Shown here: positions 28,601-38,686 of the stretch, one piece after another | Layout: every line of letters starts with the position of its first letter | How positions within the stretch are numbered: position 1 is the stretch's first letter | Virus record (IMG/VR): IMGVR_UViG_3300037010_003037 | Coordinates: 83,698 to 147,697 of that record | Direction: 5' to 3' (one strand) | Origin: a virus | Length of the DNA: 64,000 bases | Position numbers and translations under genes: made by a program | Notes under the pieces: model-generated | Database searches by the model: none | Told to the model about the DNA's origin: nothing | What the model saw: the letters and a program-made list of their open reading frames with translations, nothing else

Positions 28601-29852
28601 TTTCTACACGATCTCCAACAGTGAAGTTAAATGTGTCACCTTGGAAAAATCCTTCAATTGTAGGAATAATAGTGAAGTGAATATCATCGTTCTTGAATGA
28701 GCAACCATCCTTAAGATCAATATTTTCAATAGTATAAGGATTAACGCTGTCTATCTTAGAAAGATTGTATGTTCCATCTCCATTAAACGTAATGGACCAT
28801 GATGATGGAATACTTACCCTATCAAGAGAACGGGTGTGAATTTCTAATGCAGGTTGATACAGCCGTGATGGTGAACCTGCTCCAGGCATAAATGATGGTT
28901 TAGACTGTACAACGATAGGGTTTGTTTTAATAATCGACCAAACTTCTTGTGGTGCGTCTTCGGCAACTGTGATCTTATGATATGGCGTTAAAACAAACGT
29001 GTCACCAATAATAAGTAGATGATCAGTTTGACCTGGTGCTGGTTCAAAGTCGAATTTTAACAGTGGGTGATTAAATGTAGTTCTAAATTGTGATGTTCCA
29101 ATTAAGCCATTATATTTGCCTCTAACCTCGACAATACCATTAACATCATCTATGCACGTGAGAGTCCATTCATCATAAGCACCACGCTCTATGTTACGAA
29201 TGCATGCGGCAGCTTTAATTACGTCTTGATATAATAAAATGCCGGTACTTTCAGCAAAAGCTGGTATACTGGAAACGTTTTGTTCAATCCAACGCTGATT
29301 GGGACGTGTTTCAAACGTGTAAACACCATGACTTAGGAAATAGTCAAATGATTCTTGTTGGTGTTCACCATTCTTACGAACATTTGTTACGCTTGGACCA
29401 TCCCATCTTCGTGGGTTAAATGCTCTACCGCCATGATTTTCAATTCCAGGAATCTGTAAATCATCATTTTCACCAGCAATGAATGTTTCTTGACTAACAT
29501 GGCTTAAAAACTTATGTACAGATGTAAATGGTACTTGCCATTGTGTTCTATTACCATCAGATATCAGTTCTTTCCACCAGGAATTTGAACGACGTGTTCT
29601 TACTCCTGGATATGGTGATGATGATTCAAGAAGATCAGCTCCTAGAAATGCTAAAAGTTGATGATTTTCTGTAATTTTTACGTTTACATCATCATTGATT
29701 TCATATCGTTCTTCAATTTCTGAAAGCTTAGTGTGGTATGGTTTTACGTCTAAAACGTAATTATTCAGAGCATCAGTATGCCCATTTGCTACGACAAGAT
29801 AATGGCTTTTAGTAGAGTTCATCTTGTTGCTCCACTTGTGTTGCTTGGACAA
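25638..29852 (-). CDS. Large baseplate/tail protein with BNR/beta-propeller repeats (start may be 29822)
   Basis: Repeated VG..G.I..S.DG..W motifs; VKPYHTKL N-terminal motif; C-terminal HNL domain. Confidence 0.8.
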   Translation of the reverse strand: MSKQHKWSNKMNSTKSHYLVVANGHTDALNNYVLDVKPYHTKLSEIEERYEINDDVNVKITENHQLLAFLGADLLESSSPYPGVRTRRSNSWWKELISDGNRTQWQVPFTSVHKFLSHVSQETFIAGENDDLQIPGIENHGGRAFNPRRWDGPSVTNVRKNGEHQQESFDYFLSHGVYTFETRPNQRWIEQNVSSIPAFAESTGILLYQDVIKAAACIRNIERGAYDEWTLTCIDDVNGIVEVRGKYNGLIGTSQFRTTFNHPLLKFDFEPAPGQTDHLLIIGDTFVLTPYHKITVAEDAPQEVWSIIKTNPIVVQSKPSFMPGAGSPSRLYQPALEIHTRSLDRVSIPSSWSITFNGDGTYNLSKIDSVNPYTIENIDLKDGCSFKNDDIHFTIIPTIEGFFQGDTFNFTVGDRVENFLVYGSVSGWQPNAKIGEWYWNGKIGFKIPKLKYFASIYRATVSVSPDGNDRTWRQVVSNAQILTSISFNGAFYVAGKDSIVGSSPDGNTWYQEVVPPPPGELIVIVGENGLIATSSDGEHWVRQATGVNSTLHASTVIPNFLVSKTNSGPIVITQTANDKLDNASIVLNSGNELDPSGISIWKVVGGVPQEETVPFWYDTNTDVIYLYDPNFPPTATIPFTVGETVIVSYSLSLKNCIIAVGDDGTILTSTTGFGWVKRLSGTHDSLNGIAWSNDAIIAVGNKGTILRSNDRINWTPVSFGLSVLGTLQQQSVDFNDIIYVKDLNTFIIVGSNGVIIRSTDGGLTWTRVANTWDNPVERDTGILTSVSYGNGKFVAVGPDGFIASSEDGGISWTRYKGNSYNSIAYGNGLFVAVGGSETTSLLFTKIKDVHSIAEPSVYTITFQPPVKPNTVVKYATVVNNIYGYRKVLTLNEVWEDEFCSFKIDYIPGEFEYQAGDTIRVYLAPEYTYAAEGWYDELNYEIPRYDTGIEDITVPWLYNEEYFPLYHSYGSVIFKNGVNDGDRIIIDKALLDVMRFRINDAGKIYPELASVNDWIPLEFRYFDRPTSPASLYDGKTAHFPDLTTQIEAYLCSDPTVKVFTIEQPRYQCTNRNGSATIIFDKNFFKNYVPFNTKFAFRFQPDASYGQNIRVKVTENLRAYARVRLNLFDNIPVLFSFENISGINVVGNLALDDTLNITLIEGGALPIVFGYDEMPYDIFDYDQRYSAIIQHAIEIAPGVYEYDENAQIILPHPINGSLGTFVSEESTETTGTQFLEDFTLVEKLAAPVFTFSWVPGDNPILVTHNLNTLNVSVTVRDGTNNIVNPSAYTVNYLDPNHVLITPFSSLTGTITVTENQVNRVSKMYDFTKVPLEGLLITQNADEYLITHNGPPVTPTLIVESVNNPGVYASPIPNMMPFQQFPSAISLQSFSFTLPSGFTAPFRLRIT

Positions 29853-32800
29853 TTGTTGTAGATGAACTTACAGTAATATATGATGTCTTGAAAATGTCGC
29901 TAAACTCAAAATTGTTAGCAAGCGCATCATCTAGAACTGCAAAGAAGATTTCATTAACTTGACTTGCTCTAGCAGTTTTGTAAATTATGCTCATTGTTTC
30001 ACGTGCTTTTTCAGGTGTTGCAAACCATTCACTAGACTTAGAGAAGTCCAGTGCAGTTATATAGTCAGTAATAACTTTATTTCCAACACGCAATGTACAT
30101 TGTGTATTCAAGATAGTATTAATAATAGATTTCTTTACTAGCTCCGTATCAGCAAAAATTTGACCTTTACCAAAACCAAACCGAGTACGTGTACCATTTC
30201 GATTATCATAGTCAATTCGTGCTTGAGATGGAACTGGATTTCCACCTGCATCAATTCCAGAAACAGCAGCAGTAATTAACTCCCATAATTGAGCTGGAAT
30301 TTTATTTCGTTGGCTCTTTCTGATAAGTTTCCACTCACTGTGCGTGTTCTTTAAATTAATTTCTTCTGGGTCATCCCTTAATGTAAAGTCTCTTACAAAG
30401 CGCAGTTTGAACGCAGAGTCCTTAGTAACAAACGCGCTCAATCCAGCAATAGCACAGGAATCAAACTTAGCAGGATATTTTTTATCGTTAGAAGGCAAAG
30501 CGCGTACAAAGATAGTATACGTGCTTGGACCAACTGTTAGAATATCTTGTGCTTGAGCTAGCGACATTGTCTTGTTTACTTGAGGAATTGTCTTATCTTG
30601 TACCCAGAAATAATACTTAGCCGCTGTAATATTACCATCAGCATCACGCTGTTGAATTACTGTGTACTGGTAATCCAACTTGTACTGTGTTTGAATGGTA
30701 TAGTCTTCAGCTACATCAGGATCAAATTCTAGTTCTTTACTTGATGGAACATAAGCTCGGTATAGAACTAAAACGCTTGAACCTTCCTGTGGAGTATTTA
30801 CAATCTGAAGTAGATATCCCGAAATGACATATCCGCTTGGATTAACCTGAATTCCATTTACGTAGACAGATACACGGTTATTGTCAATTTCTTCTGGAAG
30901 AACAAACAAGATAGGATCTACACCATTAGATATTTTATTAAGACGCAGATCATTAAGTAACTTCCACTCTGTCCAACTTACAGTATAACGAGCTATACTT
31001 TCGCCAGTTCTTAAAACTAGTGTATTAATGGGGTTGTACATTTCACTAATTATTGAAGAAGTGGCAGAAACTATTTGCTCGTCACCAACATAAGGCTTCC
31101 ACATGTTAAACGGAGGCACTAAATCAGAATCCAGTTCTTTCTGAGTTGGAGTTTCCCAGGTTTTCCACTCATATTCAGATTCTGAATAATCAATATCATT
31201 TTTATCATTTATGAAAATATCATCTGGTAGAGGAATTATCTCTTCAAATGAAATACCTTCACGAATATAAATGTCCTGCTCACCATTAACTATTGAATCA
31301 ATAATTTCCTCACTAGTCAGTGGGGTGTTGCCGAATATCGCTCTTTTGATTCTAACTGATAATCCAAAAGTTTCAAATTTCACGATAAGCAAGTTATCAT
31401 TTACAGCATCAGTAGAAACCCAATCATTAACTTGTGTATCTTCATAATTTCCTAGAGCATCAGACATTCTTAGCGCAAATACTCCAGCAGAAATAGTTTT
31501 CTTAGAAAGCTTAATCGCTCCAATTTTTGAACCAAATGCTGGGATTTTAAGTGGCTCTAGTTCAATTGACGCAAGTTTAGTTCCACTTGGAACAATCATA
31601 GGTTGATCAAGAAGAACACTTGAGCCAATAACATATTGTATATTATCAACAATTTTGACCTCACCTACTGGCTTATTATTTTTCCAACCTCCAAAATGAC
31701 GGTCAGCTACTAGTGTTTGATCTTTACAACGACCTTTATCAGCAACTAACAGATTACCAGAAACAAATACTTTTATTAATGTAGACCCAAATGATGGGTG
31801 CGCATTAGAATTTCCAACACCAGCTTTTGACCACGCAATAGGCTTTCTTTTGATAATGCGATCACGTTTATAGTATTTTTTCAGAGCGGCACGCCCTGAT
31901 GCCTTTAATCTTGGGTCAATTTCAGCACTACCTTCTTGTTTAGCAGCAAGATCATCATATTTAGCTGGGTGAACAGGACTTTCAACCCATTCATATAGAT
32001 CAATAGAAGCCCAATCAGCTAGCAGACCCCAGCGCTGTAATCGTGCATCTCTGTTTGGGAAAATTTTTGCATCATAGTACGGGATATAGCCAAGATTTGC
32101 AGTATTCCACCAAACTCGTCCAACCTCGCGTTGAGCCCATGGTTTTAAAGTATGATAATTTTCATTGTTAGTTGTTTGCATTGAGTAGTTATATCTAGCA
32201 GGGTCAGCATGTGAAATAATATCAACTACTTCCAGCGGTGCTTGTGCGTGTATACCGATAGCTGGATGCCATAATGAAATATCATCAATTAGAATTGAGT
32301 CTTTATAGTTAATTAGCTTTATTGGTGAAAGCTTAGTAGGATTAATCCACGTAAAGCCTGTTACTTTGTATGTTCCTGGACCATCAACTTTAATAAGGCT
32401 AGCGTTTATAACTTTACAGTTAAACGGACCAGTGACAGAAGGCTCAACACCATCACCATTGTGATAAATGTTGGATAAGCGAATATAAGCTGGAAATGTG
32501 TTTGACGCATCTACAACAACAGTCTCAGAAATTCGTTCTGCTTCAAAATACAAGCCTTTGCCCAAGTCATTAATGCTAAACCAGCGCGTATCATCACCAC
32601 TTTCTATGTGGGTAAACAGTGGCATTAAGTCAACACCATCACCATTTGTATAGAACTGAAGTCTAAGATACTTCTGAGTTGTATCTGTTGGTTCAATCTT
32701 AAGCTCAGGAGATGACTTTTCTCGAGCATCTCCATACTCAGCTATCTTATATGCCCAGTACTCATCCACCGAGGCATCATTAAACTTCTTGTAATTGACG

Positions 32801-35800
32801 AATGCATCAATCGTCATGTTAGTTCCTTTGGCTTGGATTAGGCCACGCCAAAAATTAAACTGTGTAGAATTGTTAACATCGATTTTGTCAAAATAGGACT
32901 TCTTACTATAGCCAAGAAGCGCAAGCGCGTGTTCTGCAGTTGTAGGTTCATAGAAAGTTTTGGCTGCATCATAATAAGATGCAGAAGCATCAACAGATGA
33001 CATTAGGTTTCTACGAACATTATTACCACTTAAGAAAAAGCCTTCAAATGTCGGTTTGCCATTTGGCTCTTCTTGTCGAATATAGTTTAAGTACGCAGTT
33101 TTAATTCGCGCGCTGGTAAATGGATCAAACAGCGTAGCTGCCCCATTCTCATCACTGAACTTCTTATTGAATAGAATAGCGTGCTCATATTCATCAATAA
33201 ACACGTGTGCAGAAAAGATCGGCGTGTTAGTGTAAGTTACTGCATACTCATCTGTTCTGATTACGTGTAGTTTATCAACTGGAATTAGCGCACCAGTCAC
33301 ATCATAAGCGCCTTGTGCTGAGTATGCATCAATGAATACTCTGTCACTGTAACGCGCCATTAAACCATATGGTGTGATTAGAGTCAAATTTTCCATGAAT
33401 GGGTTAAGAATATGGGCATCCCCAGCATTCATGCCCTTGTATACACGGTCAATAAATTTCTCAATTTCAAGCTGCCAATCCAGATTGCGTCCTGTTTCTT
33501 CATCAGTAACTGGCATCCCCTCTGAATAAATTCTCCATCCAAGATCATGCAATCTATCAACATAACCAAAGATGAAATTAATAACGTTTTGCAGCCCAGT
33601 AATGATCTGTGGAGTTGTTACTGTTTCAATTGACAACTTTTCGGTATAGCGTTTCCATTCAAGGGGTGTTGTTATCTTACTTAGTGCGTTAAATGTTAAG
33701 TATTCACCGCTTGTGTTTAACACGTATTTTTCAATAGTCGGGTTTTGATTGCTATAACTTTCAATTCTAAATACCCAATCACTTGCATCAGTTTTTGGTG
33801 CTTGATACCCATATTGATTTATAACTCGTGAGCCCATGGATACTAACTGCACACGAAGGCCAGTAATCCATAGACTGTCATTATTAGAGTTCTTTTTCAA
33901 TAGAAGATTATACGATGTTGTTGGTAGTAATCCAAGAGTTGTATTAATGCTTAAAGTATCTTGACGTATTAGAGCACCAATGCGATGCGCAAGCTTAAGC
34001 TGCCAATTTCTGTATGCTTGTGTGGCAGAAGAGAATTCTGTGTCAATAAAGCTAAAGCGCAGCAGGTTTGTGAACCACTGACCAAGTCCTTTGAACTTTT
34101 TAACAGTAGCTGCAACATGTGTAAATTTAGTTGGAACAGGTTTCATCGGTTGTGTAGGATGAACAACAGCTGCACCATCTGCAACGCATCCTTCACAAAA
34201 ATCATTAATGATTAGACTTGGGTCAACATAATTTGGGCTATCTACATCGACCACGTCGTCATAGAGATTGATAATAAGTTTTTCACCAAGTTCAAAAGGA
34301 ATTCCCAGATCATCAATGGTTACATTGTTAAAACTAACACCATCAGTTACAATGCTAAATGGTAAACCCTCTTCAACATACGCTTTTAGTTGTCCATTTA
34401 TAAACAAGCTAAAAATAGTTAAATTATCTTCAACATGGCTAACTTCAAAAATTATCTCACGTGTTTTATCATTAGGGTTAACAGCATTAATGGTTCCTTT
34501 AATTCTTTGTTGAACTTCATCAGAGGTGTAAGTGTTGATAATGTTTAATCGTTCACCATGCATTAAGAATGAAGTGTGTGGCTGAAGAGCAGATAGGTTT
34601 CTTTCGAGCCGCGCGCCACCAGGATATGCTGTAACGAATGTATCTCCCCATGACTTACTTAAAAACTCAAGTGGTTGGAGTCTAAACGCAGTGCGGGCGA
34701 GACCGTATAGGTATTCTAAAGATTTCTTCCATACTATTTCAACAGGTCCATTATCACCAAACCTATATACATCAGAAATTCCTGATGGTATATAAGTTAA
34801 AAGAGCTTCTGAAGAAGCACTTTCCAGTGGTGAAACATATGGTGGAAGAACTGCATCATTGTAAATGTTAACGCATAGCTTGAGAGATGGATTAGCAGCC
34901 TTGATATCTGCCCACATCTGTTGTTTCCACATGCGCACCTGTTCAATTGTTACAGGTGTAACGTTAGGAATAATAGTGCCTGATGTGGTAATTACCCACA
35001 CTGTATTTGCCCTAGTGTCACCTTCAAGGCAACCAACTGTTAAACCTTCAGCTAAAATGTCAGATGAACGTGTCCAGCTACTTGCAGCAGCTATGTAAAT
35101 TCCATTCATTTCAGGTAGTGTCTGTGCTATCAGTAGAATACGATCACCGTTAGCAACTTGTATTCCATCAATAACTGGAAAACCTGCCAATGTAGGCACA
35201 TTTTGCCATGCAACAACACGAACAGGAGTTGCAATATTATTTGTTCCACTTACTGTGCTTGCATAAAGAGCATCCCATGTGGGTGGTTTAATAGCAAAGT
35301 TTAGTAGCTTCCATGGCTCAAGGTTAGGACGACATGTAGAAACGGTTTGTCCAGGTCTGTTAAAATGCTGCTTGTAAATATCATACCATCTTGCAGGCAC
35401 TGTTGTGAAGCCAGGAATAATTGCGTGGGAATAATTCCATGTAAAGGCATCGTTCTGCTTAAAATCGGGAGCGTATGTATCATAACCATACTTAAGAGCG
35501 AACCGCGCTAGTTCTATTTCTGAGTAACGCGAAACATTTGCATTGCTCAGATATGAGCTTACACTTTGTGATGGGTGAACACTCTCAAATAGTTTTTGCT
35601 CTACCGCAATAACAAGACTATTACGAATAGTTTCAATGCTGAATGGCAACCATCTATTAGCAACCGTGACAGAACTTACAATCCACGTGTTACTAACATT
35701 ATCCCATTCATGCATCTGGCGTGTTGAACGGTTAAACCAGAACTGTCCAGTTGATCCGTTTGGTGGTGTTGTAGGCGTGTCATAGTTTACAGAGAAAACT

Positions 35801-38610
35801 CTTAACTCCATTGTAGATGGCTTTAGCCACAGTTGCCCCGCATATGGGGTGCTTGGCATAGCCTCTACAAAATAGCCACCAGAAGTAGTTCCATCTGAAC
35901 GTAAAACCTGTGTTTTTACAAGCTCACGATCAACATCAAAACTGCGTTGAATAATTGGAGAAATATGACCATCATGGTGAACAATGATGCTTATGCCAAG
36001 CTCTGGATCAAATGAAACATTCGGATGAACAGCTGGAATTAAACCGAACATTGGAAGCGTAGCTGGCCAATTAGGTATTTTTGCTGTTGTGTCACCAAAA
36101 ACATCACGGAGGTTTTGGTTATTTTCTCGTGATTTACAATATTCATCGAGTAATGATTGAATTTCGACAGAAAATGGATCAATATGAGAAATTGTAAGCG
36201 TGTTACCACGCGTAATATAAGATGGTATATTTTCTGAAACAAATTGATCAATACTTGCAAGAGCAACGTTGTATTGTTGTTCAGCAAAGTCAATGAGCGT
36301 GATAGGACTCATGTCTTGCTGAATAAGCATGCTTGCTAGCAATGGAAAGTTTAGGTTAAAATCTCTTATGGTGCCACCATAAGCTGGATTAAACTCTAGC
36401 AAGCGAACGTTATTGTTTCCAAGAGACCCTCCTTTGAAACCATCCTGGTTACGTACTATGCTTCTAGCATGTTCAACTATATCACCATAAAATAATTCAT
36501 CACGTGTTTCACGTTCCATGTTTTGGAACATTCGAAGTGGTGTCATCCAAACACCATCAATATGATTATCAAGAGCATCAGCGCTAACACCACCAGGATA
36601 GTTAATGATTTGATCATTAATTTTCTTAATGTAACGCGGAGACAGCTTATTCATCACATTGAATGAAATAACATCACCATCTGAATATGCAGCTGGAGTT
36701 ATTGTGATAATAAAATCATCGCATTCAAACGCTGTTCCAGGCAGAGCATTACCAACATTTCCAGAACGTTCACCAACAACTGTAAATTTTCCACCTGTAT
36801 ATGTAAGTGTCCATGTCTGAACATCAGCTGTCTGTTTAAGCATATCAAATGTTATGTTAGCACCAGCTACGTTAGGAAGTGTTACTGATTTTGCAACAGC
36901 ACCAGTTACACCAGGCACCCATATTGTTTCAAGCTTAGCATTTGCAGCATCACCATCTGGCACCTTCTTGTAAAATAACAGACGACCTTGCTCGTCCTTC
37001 AATCCATGGCCAAAAACAAAGTCATAGTCAGATGTTGTTTTAAGGCGTCTTTGAATAATCGGGTCAACATCAGAGCTCGCATCTTCAGCATAGAAGAAAA
37101 TAGATGAGGTTTTACCAGCATGAGTGCCATCATATCTAAAAAGATCAAATTGTGGTAGCTGGTTTTTAGAAGAAATATGCTGCGTTATTTTAATGGGACC
37201 ATCTTGAGTTGGTTCACCATCTAAAGTAATAGAAGAGTTAAGCTGAAGATCCTCATCATATTCTATAATTGGTCTTTTTGCCTGTTCAGCCTGATCAATT
37301 GAAAAACCATATGATCCAAAAAGTGCATCAAAATCATCTTTGTGGTACCATCTATTTCTAATTTGCCAATCATTTACGTTGATAGGTGGATTAGTAGGAT
37401 CAAGCGTAAATGTGATAGCTGAGGAAATTGGGGTATCATCATCTAATAGTGGGGTTTTTGCTGTTACTTCAAAAGTTTGCCCTGTAAAAGAGACATATAC
37501 ACGTGAGCCTATTTTTAAATGACTTTCTAGTGTAGCATTTGAGGCACGTTTCCATTTAACATTATCAATAATATAGATTCCGTTTTCATGTGGATCTGGT
37601 TGGTTTATTACAAGTACACCACGTCCGCGAATAACTTGATTTCCATTAAGATACATTAACGGAAGAGTTGATTTTACACCAAGCAATGCACCCTTACCAG
37701 AAGGAGAAATAGAATTAAAAGAAACAAAAATATTGCTTGTGCGATGAGAAACGCTAATAATAAATTCATCGTTGGCAGAGAATGGAATGGCTCCATTTTG
37801 AATTGTCAATTCTAGAACTTGATCATTTGGTTCAGGGAAATTAGTATCATATGGTTTACCAATTCCATAGCCAACAATGCTCTTACCACGCACGAAAAGC
37901 TTAACATGTGTCTTAGCACCAGAAGTAATAGATGATAAAGTACCTGTAGTAAGGCCACTTGGATCAGTGCTGTTAACAATGATCTTGCCACTATCTACTG
38001 GATTTGACGATGTCACAACAAAGTCAGCACTTGATGTAAATTTAACAGTTATAACTTCATCTTCACGATCAGTACCTGTTAACTTAACTGGGGTTGTAGC
38101 AAGGTATGAAACAGGAAACTTAATCTTAGACTTTGGGTTTGGTCTAGCAATAGTGTAGTAATCTGGATCATTATGCGGATTACCGGGGAAAGTATTTGGT
38201 GCGACTAGTATCTTACCTGCCCAATAATAGTTCCCATAGTTAATGAATTTGTCATAGTTAATAGGAACGTGAAAGTTGAAGTACTGCTCACTCATCCATG
38301 AGCGCATGTTCTCAATGTCAGCGTTCAGAACTTTTAATCGATTAACAAAATCATTAAATGTGTAAGCAGACTCTTCTGTTCCTGTCTTTACATAAAGAGC
38401 TGGAACAAGTGCGTTTACTTCTCGCTCTAAGTTTGAAGCAAAAATTTGCGGTTCACCATCAATTTGCTGTCCAATTCGTCCATCAATAAGCACGCTTCTT
38501 TCTTCTGCTACAAATCGATTGAACAGGTTTGAAACGAGACTTGTTAATGTCTCATTTTTAAGAGTTAAAGGAAGAAGTCTATTGAAATCTAAGTATTGTT
38601 TCTTTGCCAT
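29809..38610 (-). CDS. Giant (2933 aa) baseplate wedge-type structural protein (gp7-position gene)
   Basis: Follows gp6; INYDKFINYGNYYW, YYFWV and IFKTSYI motifs; uninterrupted 8.8-kb ORF. Confidence 0.75.
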   Translation of the reverse strand: MAKKQYLDFNRLLPLTLKNETLTSLVSNLFNRFVAEERSVLIDGRIGQQIDGEPQIFASNLEREVNALVPALYVKTGTEESAYTFNDFVNRLKVLNADIENMRSWMSEQYFNFHVPINYDKFINYGNYYWAGKILVAPNTFPGNPHNDPDYYTIARPNPKSKIKFPVSYLATTPVKLTGTDREDEVITVKFTSSADFVVTSSNPVDSGKIIVNSTDPSGLTTGTLSSITSGAKTHVKLFVRGKSIVGYGIGKPYDTNFPEPNDQVLELTIQNGAIPFSANDEFIISVSHRTSNIFVSFNSISPSGKGALLGVKSTLPLMYLNGNQVIRGRGVLVINQPDPHENGIYIIDNVKWKRASNATLESHLKIGSRVYVSFTGQTFEVTAKTPLLDDDTPISSAITFTLDPTNPPINVNDWQIRNRWYHKDDFDALFGSYGFSIDQAEQAKRPIIEYDEDLQLNSSITLDGEPTQDGPIKITQHISSKNQLPQFDLFRYDGTHAGKTSSIFFYAEDASSDVDPIIQRRLKTTSDYDFVFGHGLKDEQGRLLFYKKVPDGDAANAKLETIWVPGVTGAVAKSVTLPNVAGANITFDMLKQTADVQTWTLTYTGGKFTVVGERSGNVGNALPGTAFECDDFIITITPAAYSDGDVISFNVMNKLSPRYIKKINDQIINYPGGVSADALDNHIDGVWMTPLRMFQNMERETRDELFYGDIVEHARSIVRNQDGFKGGSLGNNNVRLLEFNPAYGGTIRDFNLNFPLLASMLIQQDMSPITLIDFAEQQYNVALASIDQFVSENIPSYITRGNTLTISHIDPFSVEIQSLLDEYCKSRENNQNLRDVFGDTTAKIPNWPATLPMFGLIPAVHPNVSFDPELGISIIVHHDGHISPIIQRSFDVDRELVKTQVLRSDGTTSGGYFVEAMPSTPYAGQLWLKPSTMELRVFSVNYDTPTTPPNGSTGQFWFNRSTRQMHEWDNVSNTWIVSSVTVANRWLPFSIETIRNSLVIAVEQKLFESVHPSQSVSSYLSNANVSRYSEIELARFALKYGYDTYAPDFKQNDAFTWNYSHAIIPGFTTVPARWYDIYKQHFNRPGQTVSTCRPNLEPWKLLNFAIKPPTWDALYASTVSGTNNIATPVRVVAWQNVPTLAGFPVIDGIQVANGDRILLIAQTLPEMNGIYIAAASSWTRSSDILAEGLTVGCLEGDTRANTVWVITTSGTIIPNVTPVTIEQVRMWKQQMWADIKAANPSLKLCVNIYNDAVLPPYVSPLESASSEALLTYIPSGISDVYRFGDNGPVEIVWKKSLEYLYGLARTAFRLQPLEFLSKSWGDTFVTAYPGGARLERNLSALQPHTSFLMHGERLNIINTYTSDEVQQRIKGTINAVNPNDKTREIIFEVSHVEDNLTIFSLFINGQLKAYVEEGLPFSIVTDGVSFNNVTIDDLGIPFELGEKLIINLYDDVVDVDSPNYVDPSLIINDFCEGCVADGAAVVHPTQPMKPVPTKFTHVAATVKKFKGLGQWFTNLLRFSFIDTEFSSATQAYRNWQLKLAHRIGALIRQDTLSINTTLGLLPTTSYNLLLKKNSNNDSLWITGLRVQLVSMGSRVINQYGYQAPKTDASDWVFRIESYSNQNPTIEKYVLNTSGEYLTFNALSKITTPLEWKRYTEKLSIETVTTPQIITGLQNVINFIFGYVDRLHDLGWRIYSEGMPVTDEETGRNLDWQLEIEKFIDRVYKGMNAGDAHILNPFMENLTLITPYGLMARYSDRVFIDAYSAQGAYDVTGALIPVDKLHVIRTDEYAVTYTNTPIFSAHVFIDEYEHAILFNKKFSDENGAATLFDPFTSARIKTAYLNYIRQEEPNGKPTFEGFFLSGNNVRRNLMSSVDASASYYDAAKTFYEPTTAEHALALLGYSKKSYFDKIDVNNSTQFNFWRGLIQAKGTNMTIDAFVNYKKFNDASVDEYWAYKIAEYGDAREKSSPELKIEPTDTTQKYLRLQFYTNGDGVDLMPLFTHIESGDDTRWFSINDLGKGLYFEAERISETVVVDASNTFPAYIRLSNIYHNGDGVEPSVTGPFNCKVINASLIKVDGPGTYKVTGFTWINPTKLSPIKLINYKDSILIDDISLWHPAIGIHAQAPLEVVDIISHADPARYNYSMQTTNNENYHTLKPWAQREVGRVWWNTANLGYIPYYDAKIFPNRDARLQRWGLLADWASIDLYEWVESPVHPAKYDDLAAKQEGSAEIDPRLKASGRAALKKYYKRDRIIKRKPIAWSKAGVGNSNAHPSFGSTLIKVFVSGNLLVADKGRCKDQTLVADRHFGGWKNNKPVGEVKIVDNIQYVIGSSVLLDQPMIVPSGTKLASIELEPLKIPAFGSKIGAIKLSKKTISAGVFALRMSDALGNYEDTQVNDWVSTDAVNDNLLIVKFETFGLSVRIKRAIFGNTPLTSEEIIDSIVNGEQDIYIREGISFEEIIPLPDDIFINDKNDIDYSESEYEWKTWETPTQKELDSDLVPPFNMWKPYVGDEQIVSATSSIISEMYNPINTLVLRTGESIARYTVSWTEWKLLNDLRLNKISNGVDPILFVLPEEIDNNRVSVYVNGIQVNPSGYVISGYLLQIVNTPQEGSSVLVLYRAYVPSSKELEFDPDVAEDYTIQTQYKLDYQYTVIQQRDADGNITAAKYYFWVQDKTIPQVNKTMSLAQAQDILTVGPSTYTIFVRALPSNDKKYPAKFDSCAIAGLSAFVTKDSAFKLRFVRDFTLRDDPEEINLKNTHSEWKLIRKSQRNKIPAQLWELITAAVSGIDAGGNPVPSQARIDYDNRNGTRTRFGFGKGQIFADTELVKKSIINTILNTQCTLRVGNKVITDYITALDFSKSSEWFATPEKARETMSIIYKTARASQVNEIFFAVLDDALANNFEFSDIFKTSYITVSSSTTIVQATQVEQQDELY

Positions 38611-38614
38611 GAGC

Positions 38615-38666
38615 TGATTGCTGGATAAATCATGAATAATATAATATCTTATTTATCCAGCAATCA
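38615..38666 (-). promoter_or_regulatory. 16-bp perfect inverted repeat containing late promoter GATAAATA (38650-38657, -), ending 4 nt before a start codon
   Basis: TGATTGCTGGATAAAT (38615-38630) and ATTTATCCAGCAATCA (38651-38666), with a 20-nt loop. Confidence 0.8.
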
Positions 38667-38686
38667 AAATGCTTAGAAAGTCATTT

